The position numbers were made by a program, and so were the translations under genes. Below are positions 50,270 through 59,727 of a stretch of DNA of 64,000 nucleotides, piece by piece; within the stretch, counting starts at the first letter, position 1; each line of letters begins with the position of its first letter. This stretch comes from Candidatus Caldarchaeales archaeon (GTDB taxonomy: Archaea > Thermoproteota > Nitrososphaeria_A > Caldarchaeales > Calditenuaceae): contig JBCNVM010000001.1 in assembly GCA_039630085.1 (NCBI GenBank), positions 160,001 to 224,000 of the forward strand, written 5' to 3'. The notes beneath the pieces are model-generated. The model ran no database searches and was not told the origin of the DNA. It saw nothing but the letters and a program-made list of their open reading frames with translations.

Positions 50270-51022
50270 GTGTCAGTCCAGCAGGACCCGAAGGAAGTCG
50301 CCGACCATCTGATCGTGACCATCGCCGATCGCATCGCCGACGGGTTCAAGGTCGTCACCGGGCTCAACTCCCACGTCCCGCTCCTCGCGATCGCGGTCGC
50401 GAAGGTCGTCCACGGGAAGAGGGTAAGCCTCTACACGGTCGCGGAGGCCTACGACCCGGACCTCGAGAGGGTCAAGCTAAGGCCCTCGACGGGCGATCCG
50501 GCGCTCGCGGAGGACGCGACAGTCATCCCGATGGTCGAGACCTTCGACCTCGTCCAGAAGGGCCTGATCGACGTGATGTTCCTCGGGCCTGTCCAGATCG
50601 ACGCGGAGACCAACATCAACCTCTCGGTGATAGGGAGCTACCGGCGCCCGAAGGTCAGGCTCCCGGGCGGTGCGGCTTCGGCGTTCATCGTGCCGCTCGT
50701 CAAGAGGGTTTACTTCTGGAGAACGAGGCACACGTCGAGGGACCTCGTCAGGCGGGTCGACTTCGTCACCGCGACCGCGAAGCACTCCGACAACGAGGTC
50801 TACCTCTTCACCAACCTCTGCGTCCTCAGGTACAACAGGGAGAGGTCGATGTGGGAGCTGGAGGCCCGTCACCCCTGGGCCGGGAGGGACCTCATAGCCT
50901 CGAACACCGGCTTCGAGCTCCTCGTCCAAGACGACCGCGTCACGAGACCGCCCTCCCGGGAGGAGAGGGAGCTGATCAGGGCCCTCGACCCGAACGACCT
51001 GCGGGTGAAGGCCTTCCTCTGA
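50270..51022 (+). CDS. CoA-transferase beta subunit (GctB-like)
   Basis: DVMFLGPVQID...NINLSVIG..PKVRLPGG, VDFVT, TNLCV. Confidence 0.85.
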   Translation: MSVQQDPKEVADHLIVTIADRIADGFKVVTGLNSHVPLLAIAVAKVVHGKRVSLYTVAEAYDPDLERVKLRPSTGDPALAEDATVIPMVETFDLVQKGLIDVMFLGPVQIDAETNINLSVIGSYRRPKVRLPGGAASAFIVPLVKRVYFWRTRHTSRDLVRRVDFVTATAKHSDNEVYLFTNLCVLRYNRERSMWELEARHPWAGRDLIASNTGFELLVQDDRVTRPPSREERELIRALDPNDLRVKAFL

Positions 51023-51079
51023 CCGAGGATCGCCGTTTCGCGCAAAGGCTTTAGGCGGCTGGCTGACGTCTTTCGCCCG

Positions 51080-52240
51080 ATGCCGAAGGAGACCTTAGTG
51101 ACCAGCGTCGTCGGGAGCTGGCCGAGGCCCAGCTGGCTTCTCTCGGAGCTGAGGAGGAAGAACAGGGGCGAGGTGACCTACGAGCGGTTCAGCGAGGCCG
51201 CCGACGAGGCCGTGCTCCTGGCCGTGAAGTACCAAGAGGACGCCGGGATAGACGTGGTGACCGACGGCGAGCAGAGGCGCGACAACTTCTACTCCTTCGT
51301 GGCCGACAAGCTGGAGGGCATCAAGCTCGTGTCGGTCGCGGAGCTGATGGACTTCGTCCAAGACAAGAGGAGGTTCGAGGAGGTCCTGAGCAGGCTCGAC
51401 GTCCCCGCCTTCGCGATCAAGAGCCCGGTCGTCGTGGGGCCCATCAGGAAGAGGAGGCCCTTGGCCCTGGACGAGCTCGAGTTCCTCAGGGAGCACACCC
51501 GCAGGAGGATCAAGGTCCCGCTTCCCGGACCTTATATGCTGACGAGGGCCAGCTGGGTCGAGCCGCTCAGCAGGAACGCCTACTGGTCGAGGGAGGACCT
51601 CGCGACCGAGTACGTCAGGCTCCTCAGGGAGGAGATCGTCAGGCTCGCGGAGGCCGGCGCGTCGTTCGTCCAGCTCGACGAGCCCACGCTGATGGAGGTC
51701 GTTTACGGAGAGGCCTCGCAGCAGACGTTCATGTGCGCCGCGATAATGGCCAAGGTCGACCCGAAGGAGGAGCTGGAGTTCGCGACCGAGCTGATCAACA
51801 GGACCGTGAAGGGTGTGACCGGCGTGAAGGTCGGGATCCACGTCTGCAGGGGCAACTGGACGAGGTCCGAGGAGTCACTGCTCTCCGGCGACTACTCGCC
51901 GCTGATACCGTACTTCCAGGAGATGAAGGTCGACCAGTTCGTGCTGGAGTTCGCCACCTCCAGGGCCGGCGAGGTCAGGGTCTTCGCCGACGCCTCCGGG
52001 ATCAGGGAGCTGGGGCTCGGAGTCGTCAACCCGAGGACCGACGAGGTCGAGCCCACCGAGTCCATAAGGGCCAGGGTCCGCGAGGCGCTGAACTACTTCG
52101 ACCCCGAGAGGATCTACCTCAACCCCGACTGCGGCTTCGGGACGTTCGCCGAGTCGCCCGTCAACAGGGCTCCGGTCGCGTACAGGAAGCTGAAGTCGAT
52201 GGTGAGGGCCGCGGAGGAGCTGAGGAAGGAGTACGCCTGA
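51080..52240 (+). CDS. Cobalamin-independent methionine synthase II family (single catalytic barrel)
   Basis: VGSWPRP, TDGEQRR, QLDEP, zinc ligands HVC / E / NPDCG. Confidence 0.88.
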   Translation: MPKETLVTSVVGSWPRPSWLLSELRRKNRGEVTYERFSEAADEAVLLAVKYQEDAGIDVVTDGEQRRDNFYSFVADKLEGIKLVSVAELMDFVQDKRRFEEVLSRLDVPAFAIKSPVVVGPIRKRRPLALDELEFLREHTRRRIKVPLPGPYMLTRASWVEPLSRNAYWSREDLATEYVRLLREEIVRLAEAGASFVQLDEPTLMEVVYGEASQQTFMCAAIMAKVDPKEELEFATELINRTVKGVTGVKVGIHVCRGNWTRSEESLLSGDYSPLIPYFQEMKVDQFVLEFATSRAGEVRVFADASGIRELGLGVVNPRTDEVEPTESIRARVREALNYFDPERIYLNPDCGFGTFAESPVNRAPVAYRKLKSMVRAAEELRKEYA

Positions 52241-52294
52241 GGCGCGTAGACGCATCGTACGTCAGCACTATATAACCAGTCCGAGTTCTGGTCG

Positions 52295-52816
52295 GTGATG
52301 AGCAGGAGACTGCTCTTGGCCGGAGTCGCGATCGGCGTGCTGGCGACGCTGCTGGTGGCGGGACTGCTGATCCCAGCGACGATTGGGTATTCGGAGCCGG
52401 TCTTCGTCCACCACGGGAGGGGACACGGGAGAGGAGGCGGGGCGTGGAGGAACGCCACGGTCACGCAGGAGCAGGTCGTGATAACCGGAAGGCTCGCGGA
52501 CCTCGACTTCGGCGTGATGACGATCAGCACGGCCTCGGGGGACGTCCAAGTCAAGTACCCGATGGCCCTGTTGGTCGACGGGAGGCCCGTTAGCGTCGTC
52601 AAGCTGGTCTTCGACGGGAGGCTCCGGAAGGACGACGCCGTTGAGGTCACGGCCCTGCGGATCACCGTCACCCTCCCCGACGGGACCACGAGGACCAAGA
52701 CGGTGCTGGTCAGCATCTACGACCAGACAACGGGGTTGAGGGCCGAGGCTCCCGGAAGGGGCGCGGTCGGCCCAAGGGCGCCCTCTCAGACGCAATCCGC
52801 TGCCCCGAGCACCTGA
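52295..52816 (+). CDS. Exported or membrane-anchored hypothetical protein
   Basis: N-terminal hydrophobic helix, His/Gly-rich linker, beta-rich domain; TATATAA upstream; T-tract downstream. Confidence 0.7.
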   Translation: MMSRRLLLAGVAIGVLATLLVAGLLIPATIGYSEPVFVHHGRGHGRGGGAWRNATVTQEQVVITGRLADLDFGVMTISTASGDVQVKYPMALLVDGRPVSVVKLVFDGRLRKDDAVEVTALRITVTLPDGTTRTKTVLVSIYDQTTGLRAEAPGRGAVGPRAPSQTQSAAPST

Positions 52817-52873
52817 ATTCCCCCCAATAAACCGAACCGTTTTTTATTTTGCGTTTTCTCGATCGACCACGGC

Positions 52874-53497
52874 TTGCTGGGAGCGTTGGCTCTGCTCAGA
52901 CTCGACGCGATACTGGAGCTCATCAGCTTCTTCATCTGTGCCGCGATCAGCGCGGGCTTCGTCAGGGCCCACTTAAGGCTGAGGGCAGGGGTCTTCCTCT
53001 GGCTCGGCGCGGGCTTCGGGCTGATGGCGGGGGCGATGCTGGCCCGCTCGCTCTTCATCATCCTAGCGATCTCCGCGGAGAGGGGGTTCGGGAGGCCGTT
53101 CCAACAGCTCCTCCAGCTCTACCAGGTCGAGCTCTTCTACTCGGCCGTAAGGGTTACCGCGTACGTGCTGTTCATAGTCGCCTACGTGATCCCGCTCGTC
53201 CGCGCAAGGGTCGAGCTCGGGGCTGTCCCGCCGATGACAATCGTCTACAACGCGACCTTCGAGATAATCTCCGCTGGGCTCTTGGTCTACGTGGTCGTGG
53301 TGACCACGGTCAACTGGTACGCCAAGAGGAGCGCGGGGTCCTCGCTCATAGCCGCGGGCTTCTGGGCGCTGATGCTGAGCCACGTCGCCTTCTTCCTCAC
53401 GCCTCTGAGCATCATGTATTACCTGCTCGGACACGGCCTCCAGCTCTCCGCGCTGGCGCTGATCGCGCTGGGGACCTTGGAGGCTGGGAGGGGTTGA
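52874..53497 (+). CDS. Integral membrane hypothetical protein (6-7 TM)
   Basis: Alternating hydrophobic segments; overlaps the following wHTH gene. Confidence 0.7.
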   Translation: MLGALALLRLDAILELISFFICAAISAGFVRAHLRLRAGVFLWLGAGFGLMAGAMLARSLFIILAISAERGFGRPFQQLLQLYQVELFYSAVRVTAYVLFIVAYVIPLVRARVELGAVPPMTIVYNATFEIISAGLLVYVVVVTTVNWYAKRSAGSSLIAAGFWALMLSHVAFFLTPLSIMYYLLGHGLQLSALALIALGTLEAGRG

Positions 53498-53769
53498 GGA
53501 AGCACTACAGGTCCAAGGTGAGGATCTACGCGGACATCATCGCCACGGTCCTTGAGCAGGGCGAGGCCAGGATATCGACGATCATGAGGGACGCGAACCT
53601 GCCCTACGACAGGCTCCAGCGGTACGTCGACGAGCTCTGCAGCAAGGGCCTCCTGACCAGGCGGGAGCTCGGAGGGCCCCTCTACTCGGTTACCGAGAAG
53701 GGGTCGGAGTTCCTCTCGGAGTTTAGGAAGTTCGAGAGGATCTCCAGGGCCTTCGGGATCGAGCTCTGA
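53494..53769 (+). CDS. Winged-helix regulator (archaeal HTH_45-like)
   Basis: YRSKVRIYADII, IMRDANLPYDRLQRYVDEL..KGLL, YSVTEKG.EFL. Confidence 0.85.
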   Translation: MRKHYRSKVRIYADIIATVLEQGEARISTIMRDANLPYDRLQRYVDELCSKGLLTRRELGGPLYSVTEKGSEFLSEFRKFERISRAFGIEL

Positions 53770-53802
53770 ACCGCTAAAAGGGCCCGTTCGCATCGGAGCT
53801 CG

Positions 53803-54735
53803 ATGTCGGCCGTCAGGGACCTCAGGTTGACGGGCAGCTCCACCGTCCTCGAGGTAATGAGGGGCATGTCGGAGATGGGCGGGTTCATGGGCCCGAACCT
53901 AGCCAAGGCGCTGGAGGTACTCGCGGAGATGGTCGGGGCTCAGGGCTGCCTGAGGGTCATCACCTTCACCGGGAATCTGATCGCGACCGGCGTCAGGGGA
54001 ATCGTAGCGGACGCGCTAAGGAGGAGGCTCTTCGACCTCGTCGTCACGACGTGCGGCGCCCTCGACCACGACGTGGCCAGGACCAGGTCCGAGTACCTTC
54101 ACGGGTCCTTCGACGCGGACGACCTCAAGCTAAGGGAGGAGGGCTTCCACAGGCTCGGGAACGTCTTCATACCGATGAGGAGCTACGGCGTGGTGATCGA
54201 GAGGGAGATCGCGGAGCTCCTGAAGGAGCTCGGGGAGGGCAGGTCGATCTCGACCCACGAGCTCTGCTGGGCCTTGGGGGAGCGGCTGGGGTCCGAGTCC
54301 TCCTTCCTCTACTGGGCCTGGAGGAACAGAATACCGGTGGTGGTCCCCGGGATCTACGACGGCGCCGTCGGGTACAACCTCTGGCTCAGGGGCAGGGCGA
54401 GGAGGTTGACCGTCGACGTTGCCAGAGACCAGGACCTCCTCAACGACCTGATGTGGGCGAACAGGCTGAAGGGAGCGCTGATCCTCGGAGGGGGGATCTC
54501 GAAGCATCACGCGCTCTGGTGGGCCCAGTTCGGGGGCGAGGGCTTCGACTACGCGGTCTACGTCATCAGCTCCGACGAGTACGACGGGAGCCTCAGCGGC
54601 GCCAGGCCGAAGGAGGCGGTCACCTGGGGGAAGGTGGGCCCTAGGTCCAAGAGCGCCTTCGTTAAGGCCGACGCCACTTTGGTCTTACCTTTCCTCTACG
54701 TCGGGCTCCTTTCGCTCCTGAGCGGCACCGCGTAG
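53803..54735 (+). CDS. dys: Deoxyhypusine synthase
   Basis: TGNLIATG, HRLGN, GGGISKHH, DGSLSGARPKEAVTWGK. Confidence 0.93.
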   Translation: MSAVRDLRLTGSSTVLEVMRGMSEMGGFMGPNLAKALEVLAEMVGAQGCLRVITFTGNLIATGVRGIVADALRRRLFDLVVTTCGALDHDVARTRSEYLHGSFDADDLKLREEGFHRLGNVFIPMRSYGVVIEREIAELLKELGEGRSISTHELCWALGERLGSESSFLYWAWRNRIPVVVPGIYDGAVGYNLWLRGRARRLTVDVARDQDLLNDLMWANRLKGALILGGGISKHHALWWAQFGGEGFDYAVYVISSDEYDGSLSGARPKEAVTWGKVGPRSKSAFVKADATLVLPFLYVGLLSLLSGTA

Positions 54736-54801
54736 CGGCTACGTCCGTTCAGTTTACGGAAAACGGTAATATACGCAACCGGGGAGTTTGAAGCAGTAGT
54801 C

Positions 54802-55812
54802 TTGACGACGAGCTTCAGGACGCAGGCGAAGCAGACGCTGGAGGTCGCGGAGTTAGCTAAGGTGTTAGAGGTCAACCTCAAACCGGGACAGGAGCTCCGG
54901 CCGGAGAGGTCCCTGGGGAGCGGGGTCTACTACGACGTGGGGGGTCTCAAGCTCCCCGAGAGCAGGATGTACCTCCTCGCGGAGATAGGGGTACTGAAGG
55001 TCGAGCGGCACGTGGCCTTCCCCTCCTGTCCCATCTGCGGGAGCCTCGACTTGGCGATCGACATCCACTGCCCCAACTGCCTCAGCACGGACATCGAGAA
55101 GGTCGACCTGGTCATCCACTACGAGTGCCACTACGCGGACGACATCTCGAGGTTCAGGACCGGTTCGGGGGAGCTGGTCTGTCCGGTCTGCTCCAAGACC
55201 CTCAAGACCGTCGGGATAGACTACGGCAGGCCCGGGATCGGGTACTCGTGCAACGCCTGCAACAACAAGTTCCAGTTCCCCCTCTACAGGATCACCTGCA
55301 GGAACGGGCACATCATGAAGCTCGACGAGCTGGCCCTGATCAGGGTTCCCGTCTTCGTCTACAGTCCCTCCGCGCCCGTCAGCAGGTATGAGGTCCTCGC
55401 GGTAGTGGCCCGGGAGCTGGAGAGGCGCCTGCCCAGGGCGACGATTGAGCAGTTCGTGAACAAGAGGGGCCTGCTCAGCTCCAGGGAGCATTTCATCCCG
55501 CTCTACGTCGAGAGCGCCAACGGGAAATTCGCGGTCACCGTCGTCGACGAGGAGGCCACGGCCTTCGAGCAGCTGACGGACATCATGGTGACGGCCCTAG
55601 ACCTGGGCGTGAAGTTCTTAGTCCTCATGCCGGAGTCAGTCGAGCGGTCGCTGAGGAACTCCATCTCCGGCAGGTCCGGCGGGCAACCCCAAGGGCTTGA
55701 GGAAATCTTCAGCCCCCGCCTCCTGAGAGCGATGACTTACAGGAGCGCCGAGCCCTCCGCCGCGGCCTCAGAAGTCCTCCCTAGGCTGGAGAGGGAGATC
55801 CGTGAGGGGTAG
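54802..55812 (+). CDS. TackOD1-like multi-zinc-ribbon protein with C-terminal degenerate endonuclease-like domain
   Basis: CPICGS..CPNC..IHYEC..CPVC.K.L..VGIDY..CNAC..CRNGH. Confidence 0.75.
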   Translation: MTTSFRTQAKQTLEVAELAKVLEVNLKPGQELRPERSLGSGVYYDVGGLKLPESRMYLLAEIGVLKVERHVAFPSCPICGSLDLAIDIHCPNCLSTDIEKVDLVIHYECHYADDISRFRTGSGELVCPVCSKTLKTVGIDYGRPGIGYSCNACNNKFQFPLYRITCRNGHIMKLDELALIRVPVFVYSPSAPVSRYEVLAVVARELERRLPRATIEQFVNKRGLLSSREHFIPLYVESANGKFAVTVVDEEATAFEQLTDIMVTALDLGVKFLVLMPESVERSLRNSISGRSGGQPQGLEEIFSPRLLRAMTYRSAEPSAAASEVLPRLEREIREG

Positions 55813-57145
55813 GAGGGCCAAGAGGATAGGGATACTCGTTCTCCTGTTGCTCGCTCTGTCCGTCTCGCTCTACCTCTGGACAAAGGAGACCCTGACCGTC
55901 GTCGCATGGTCGATCGTCGGGCTCTACACGCTCTGGGGAGCGTTCCACACGGCCTACTTCGTCGCAGGCCGCAGACCCCCTTACGCTCCGTCAGGCCCCG
56001 CGCTGAAGAAGCTGAAGTTCTCGCTGATCGTCCCGGCGAGGAACGAGCCGCTCATAGAGAGGACCGTGAGTCACATCGTCCACGAGGTGCGGTACCCGAA
56101 GCACCTGAAGGAGATAATACCGGTGGTTGACGACGAGGGGACGGAGAGGATCGTCTTCCACCTCCAGCAGCTCTACCCGGGTTACGTGAAGCCCATAGCC
56201 AGGAGGAGGCTCTTCCCGACGAAGCCCAGCGCCCTCAACGACGCACTCGCCCTGGCTACCGGCGACGTGGTGGGAATCGCCGACGTGGAGGACCTCCTCG
56301 ACAACGACATCCTCGAGAAGGTGAACGCGGCCGTGGTCAACGACGACCACAAGGTCATCCAAGCCATACTGAGGGTGAGCAACGTGAAGGACTCCTGGAT
56401 AACGGAGCTCTTCGCGTGCGAGTACGCCGGGTGGTTCAGGGTCCTCCTCAACGGACGGAGCAAGCTGAGGCTCTACGCTCCCCTGGGGGGGACGGGCAAC
56501 TACATCGAGAGGACGACGCTGATGACTGTGGCCAGGTGGGACCCGCTCAACCTCGCCGAGGACGCCGAGCTAGCGCTGAGGCTGCACCTCCACGGCTACA
56601 GGACCGTCCTGATCGACGCGAGACACTGGGAGGAGGCGCCGGTGGACTTCAACGCCTGGCTGAGGCAGAGGACCAGGTGGTTCAGGGGTTGGCTCCAGTC
56701 GCTCTTCGCGCACGGCCCCGCGATAACTTGGATGGGGATCAGGCACCCGAGGTCTCTGGTCAACGTCCTCTCGATACTGATGATGCTGATGGCACCGCTG
56801 GTCGTCGTCTTCAACTGGGTAGCTTACGGCATGACCGCCTTCTACCTCCTCGAGCACTTCGACGTCATCGGGACCGATTACATGTCTGGGACCTTCCCGG
56901 TGATCGCGATACTGCCGCTCTTCTTCAACGTCCTCTACTACGGCGTCTGGTACGTGGGGAAGGAGCTCGAGCGGATACCCGTGAGCTTCCTGAGGAGGCT
57001 CCCGCACTTCGTCTTCTACGCGAACGTGATGATGCCGATCGCGGCGTTGAGGGCCCTGTACCAGGAGCTCTTCAAGGACGTCTTCTGGGAGAAGACCAGA
57101 CACCCGGGTAGGGGCGCGAGGTGGGCGATGGTCGAAAGGGCCTGA
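55802..57145 (+). CDS. Processive family 2 glycosyltransferase (membrane)
   Basis: IVPARNE, TKPSALN, DVED, LAEDAE, QRTRW; N- and C-terminal TM helices; WEKTRH. Confidence 0.9.
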   Translation: MRGRRAKRIGILVLLLLALSVSLYLWTKETLTVVAWSIVGLYTLWGAFHTAYFVAGRRPPYAPSGPALKKLKFSLIVPARNEPLIERTVSHIVHEVRYPKHLKEIIPVVDDEGTERIVFHLQQLYPGYVKPIARRRLFPTKPSALNDALALATGDVVGIADVEDLLDNDILEKVNAAVVNDDHKVIQAILRVSNVKDSWITELFACEYAGWFRVLLNGRSKLRLYAPLGGTGNYIERTTLMTVARWDPLNLAEDAELALRLHLHGYRTVLIDARHWEEAPVDFNAWLRQRTRWFRGWLQSLFAHGPAITWMGIRHPRSLVNVLSILMMLMAPLVVVFNWVAYGMTAFYLLEHFDVIGTDYMSGTFPVIAILPLFFNVLYYGVWYVGKELERIPVSFLRRLPHFVFYANVMMPIAALRALYQELFKDVFWEKTRHPGRGARWAMVERA

Positions 57146-57149
57146 GCGC

Positions 57150-57638
57150 TCACTCCCTTCCCGGGGGCTTGTAGTCCTTCCTGAGCGGCGGCAGGTCGGA
57201 CCACCACTCCGGCAGCAGGAGCCTCCTGAGGTCGGGGTGACCCTTGAAGACGACGCCCAGCATCTCGAAGGTCTCCCGCTCGTGGTACTCCGCGCTCCTC
57301 CAGACGCCGGTGAGCGAGGGCATCTCAGGCCCGTCCCTCGGCAGCTTGACCGAGATCGTGAGCACGGTCCCGGCGAGCTCCTCATCGGTGTAGGAGCCCG
57401 CGTGGTACATCACCTCTATCGCGTTCTCGGGCTTCGTCAGCGCGATCAGGTCCACACCAGTGACGCCCTTGACGTGGTCGAAGCCCCTCTCCTTGAGGAA
57501 CGCGGCGGCCTCCACGACCACGGACGGGTCGACCTCGACCTTGACCATCTTCCTGTCCATCGAGACCAATCTCACCTTGTCCCCGAAGGCGGCCCTCAGC
57601 TCCTCCACTATCTTGGCTACCTTAGACAACGCGTCCAC
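57150..57638 (-). CDS. nuoC: NADH-quinone oxidoreductase subunit C
   Basis: AEYHERETFEMLGVVFKGHPDLRRLLL...PLRKDY. Confidence 0.92.
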   Translation of the reverse strand: MDALSKVAKIVEELRAAFGDKVRLVSMDRKMVKVEVDPSVVVEAAAFLKERGFDHVKGVTGVDLIALTKPENAIEVMYHAGSYTDEELAGTVLTISVKLPRDGPEMPSLTGVWRSAEYHERETFEMLGVVFKGHPDLRRLLLPEWWSDLPPLRKDYKPPGRE

Positions 57639-57639
57639 C

Positions 57640-58296
57640 CTAAAGGCGCTCGTTCAGTATCTTGTCCCTCAGTAGGATGAAGCCCTGAATGAGGGTCTCG
57701 GGGCGGGGCGGGCAGCCGGGGATGTAAACGTCAACCGGGACGATGTCGTCGATCCCCTGGACGACGTTGTAGGAGTCCTTGGCGTATAGGCCTCCGGAGA
57801 TCGAGCAGGCCCCCATCGCGATCACCCACTTCGGGTCCGGCATCTGGTCGTAGATCACCCGGACTCTCTGGGCCATCTTCGTGGTGACCGTCCCCTCGAC
57901 CAGCATCAGGTCCGACTGCCTGAGCGACCCGACCGCGTTGAGTATCCCGAACCTCTCTGGGTCGTACCTGGACCCGACCGTGCCCGCGTACTCCACGGAG
58001 CAGCAGGCGGTCGTGAGGTGCACCGGGAATATCGAGGAGAGCTTCCCCCAGTTCACGATGTACCTGATCAGTGACCTGTTCCGGATCCACTGGAGGACGA
58101 AGTTCACCTCGCCCTTCCTCTTCACCTCGCTGACCTTCCCCACGCCGTACCTCCTGATCGCCTCCCTGACCTCGCTGACAGGGACCTCGACCGCCTCGAT
58201 CGAGTCGACCACGTGCTTGGACGACCCGAGCGTCAGGTTGAAGGCCCCCGTCTTCGCCCGGCCCGTGGAACCCGAGCCGAACCAGCAGGAGTGCAT
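57640..58296 (-). CDS. nuoB: NADH-quinone oxidoreductase subunit B
   Basis: TACCSVE, YDPERFG, QMPDPKWVIAMGAC, YIPGCPPRP; ATG 58296 lies ~25 nt after a TTTTATA box. Confidence 0.92.
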   Translation of the reverse strand: MHSCWFGSGSTGRAKTGAFNLTLGSSKHVVDSIEAVEVPVSEVREAIRRYGVGKVSEVKRKGEVNFVLQWIRNRSLIRYIVNWGKLSSIFPVHLTTACCSVEYAGTVGSRYDPERFGILNAVGSLRQSDLMLVEGTVTTKMAQRVRVIYDQMPDPKWVIAMGACSISGGLYAKDSYNVVQGIDDIVPVDVYIPGCPPRPETLIQGFILLRDKILNERL

Positions 58297-58407
58297 TCGA
58301 GCAATCAGGCACCTGGCGCCTATAAAATCCTGCTCCACGACGCCCGACTTGGCTCGGAGAGGCCCGTGATACCGATAAATGCGACCCGAGCGTCGGAGCA
58401 GCTCGGA

Positions 58408-58632
58408 ATGGGGAAGATCAGGACGGCGAAGGTGAAGAGGACCGCGAGGGAGATCATGGAGGCCTTCAGGGACAGGGTATCGACCTCCTTCGATGAGAAC
58501 AAGCTGCTGGTGGGCCAGGTCCTGAGGGGCCAAGTCTCGAAGAAGTTCAGGAACAAGGTCGCCGGGTACCTGACGAGGCTCGCGCGCCTCTCCGCCAAGG
58601 GTGAGGCGGCCGGCGAGGCGCCGGTGCAGTGA
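58408..58632 (+). CDS. rps17e: 30S ribosomal protein eS17
   Basis: MGKIRTAKVKR, FDENK, SKKFRNKVAGYLT. Confidence 0.93.
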   Translation: MGKIRTAKVKRTAREIMEAFRDRVSTSFDENKLLVGQVLRGQVSKKFRNKVAGYLTRLARLSAKGEAAGEAPVQ

Positions 58633-59720
58633 TTTTGCCGGAGGAGCTGAGCAGGAGGAAGAGTGACCACATCCGGATAGCGGCCGGAGGGGGCGTCGAG
58701 TACCGGAAGACCAACTGGCTGGAGCTCGTCGAGCTGGTCCACAGGGCGGTGCCGGAGCTCTCGCTGGACGAGGTCGACACGAGGTGCGAGTTCCTCGGGA
58801 GGACCTTCTCGATGCCCTTGCTGATAGAGGGGATGACCGGGGGGACCGATGAGGCGATGAGGATCAACGAGGCCCTCGCGAGGGCCGCCCAGTCCTTGGG
58901 GATACCGCTCGGCGTGGGGAGCCAGAGGGCGGGGATAGTTGACCCCAGCGTCAGGAGGAGCTTCACGGTCGCGAGGGAGGTCGGGGCCGGGGTCTTCCTG
59001 ATCGCGAACGTCGGGGCCGCGCAGCTGGTGAGGGAGGGGCCGTCGTTCGCGGCGAAGGCCGTCGAGATGCTCGAGGCCGACGCGCTCGCGGTCCACGTCA
59101 ACGTCCTGCAGGAGCTCGTCCAGCCGGGGGGCGACGCGTCCTTCGCGGGCGTCCTCAGGAGCCTCGGGAGGACGGTCGAGGAGGTGGGCGTGCCGGTTAT
59201 CGTGAAGGAGGTCGGGTGCGGGCTCAGCTACGAGGACGTTGTCCTCCTGAGGGAAGTCGGCGTGGCCGCGGTCGACGTCGCGGGGTCCGGGGGCACCAAC
59301 TGGACTGAGATCGAGAGGAGGAGGGCCGTCGAGGCGGGAGACGAGGAGAGGGCTGGACTCGCGGAGCTCTACAGGGAGTGGGGGATACCCACGGCCGCAT
59401 CGGTGCTGGAGTCGTCCCGCGTCGAGGGTATCGAGGTCGTCGGGTCGGGAGGCATCAGGAACGGCCTCGAGGTCGCGAAGGTGATCGCCCTGGGAGCGGA
59501 GATGGCCGGGATGGCGAGGCCTTTCCTGCTCGCCGCGCTGGAGGGCCCGGACTCGGTGGTCAGGTTGGCGCAGAGGGTGCGGTCGGAGCTGCGGGTCGCG
59601 ATGATGCTGACCGGTTCGAGGACCGTGAGGGACTTGGGGAGAGCGCCTTACGTCCTCCACGGGCCCCTCCTCGAGTGGTACAGCCAGCGGGTCGCGCCCA
59701 GGCTCGGGCAGGCCAGGTGA
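58629..59720 (+). CDS. fni: Type 2 isopentenyl-diphosphate isomerase
   Basis: RKSDHI, MTGG, GSQR, HVNVLQE, KEVGCG, GGTNW, WGIPT. Confidence 0.94.
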   Translation: MILPEELSRRKSDHIRIAAGGGVEYRKTNWLELVELVHRAVPELSLDEVDTRCEFLGRTFSMPLLIEGMTGGTDEAMRINEALARAAQSLGIPLGVGSQRAGIVDPSVRRSFTVAREVGAGVFLIANVGAAQLVREGPSFAAKAVEMLEADALAVHVNVLQELVQPGGDASFAGVLRSLGRTVEEVGVPVIVKEVGCGLSYEDVVLLREVGVAAVDVAGSGGTNWTEIERRRAVEAGDEERAGLAELYREWGIPTAASVLESSRVEGIEVVGSGGIRNGLEVAKVIALGAEMAGMARPFLLAALEGPDSVVRLAQRVRSELRVAMMLTGSRTVRDLGRAPYVLHGPLLEWYSQRVAPRLGQAR

Positions 59721-59727
59721 GGCGCCA

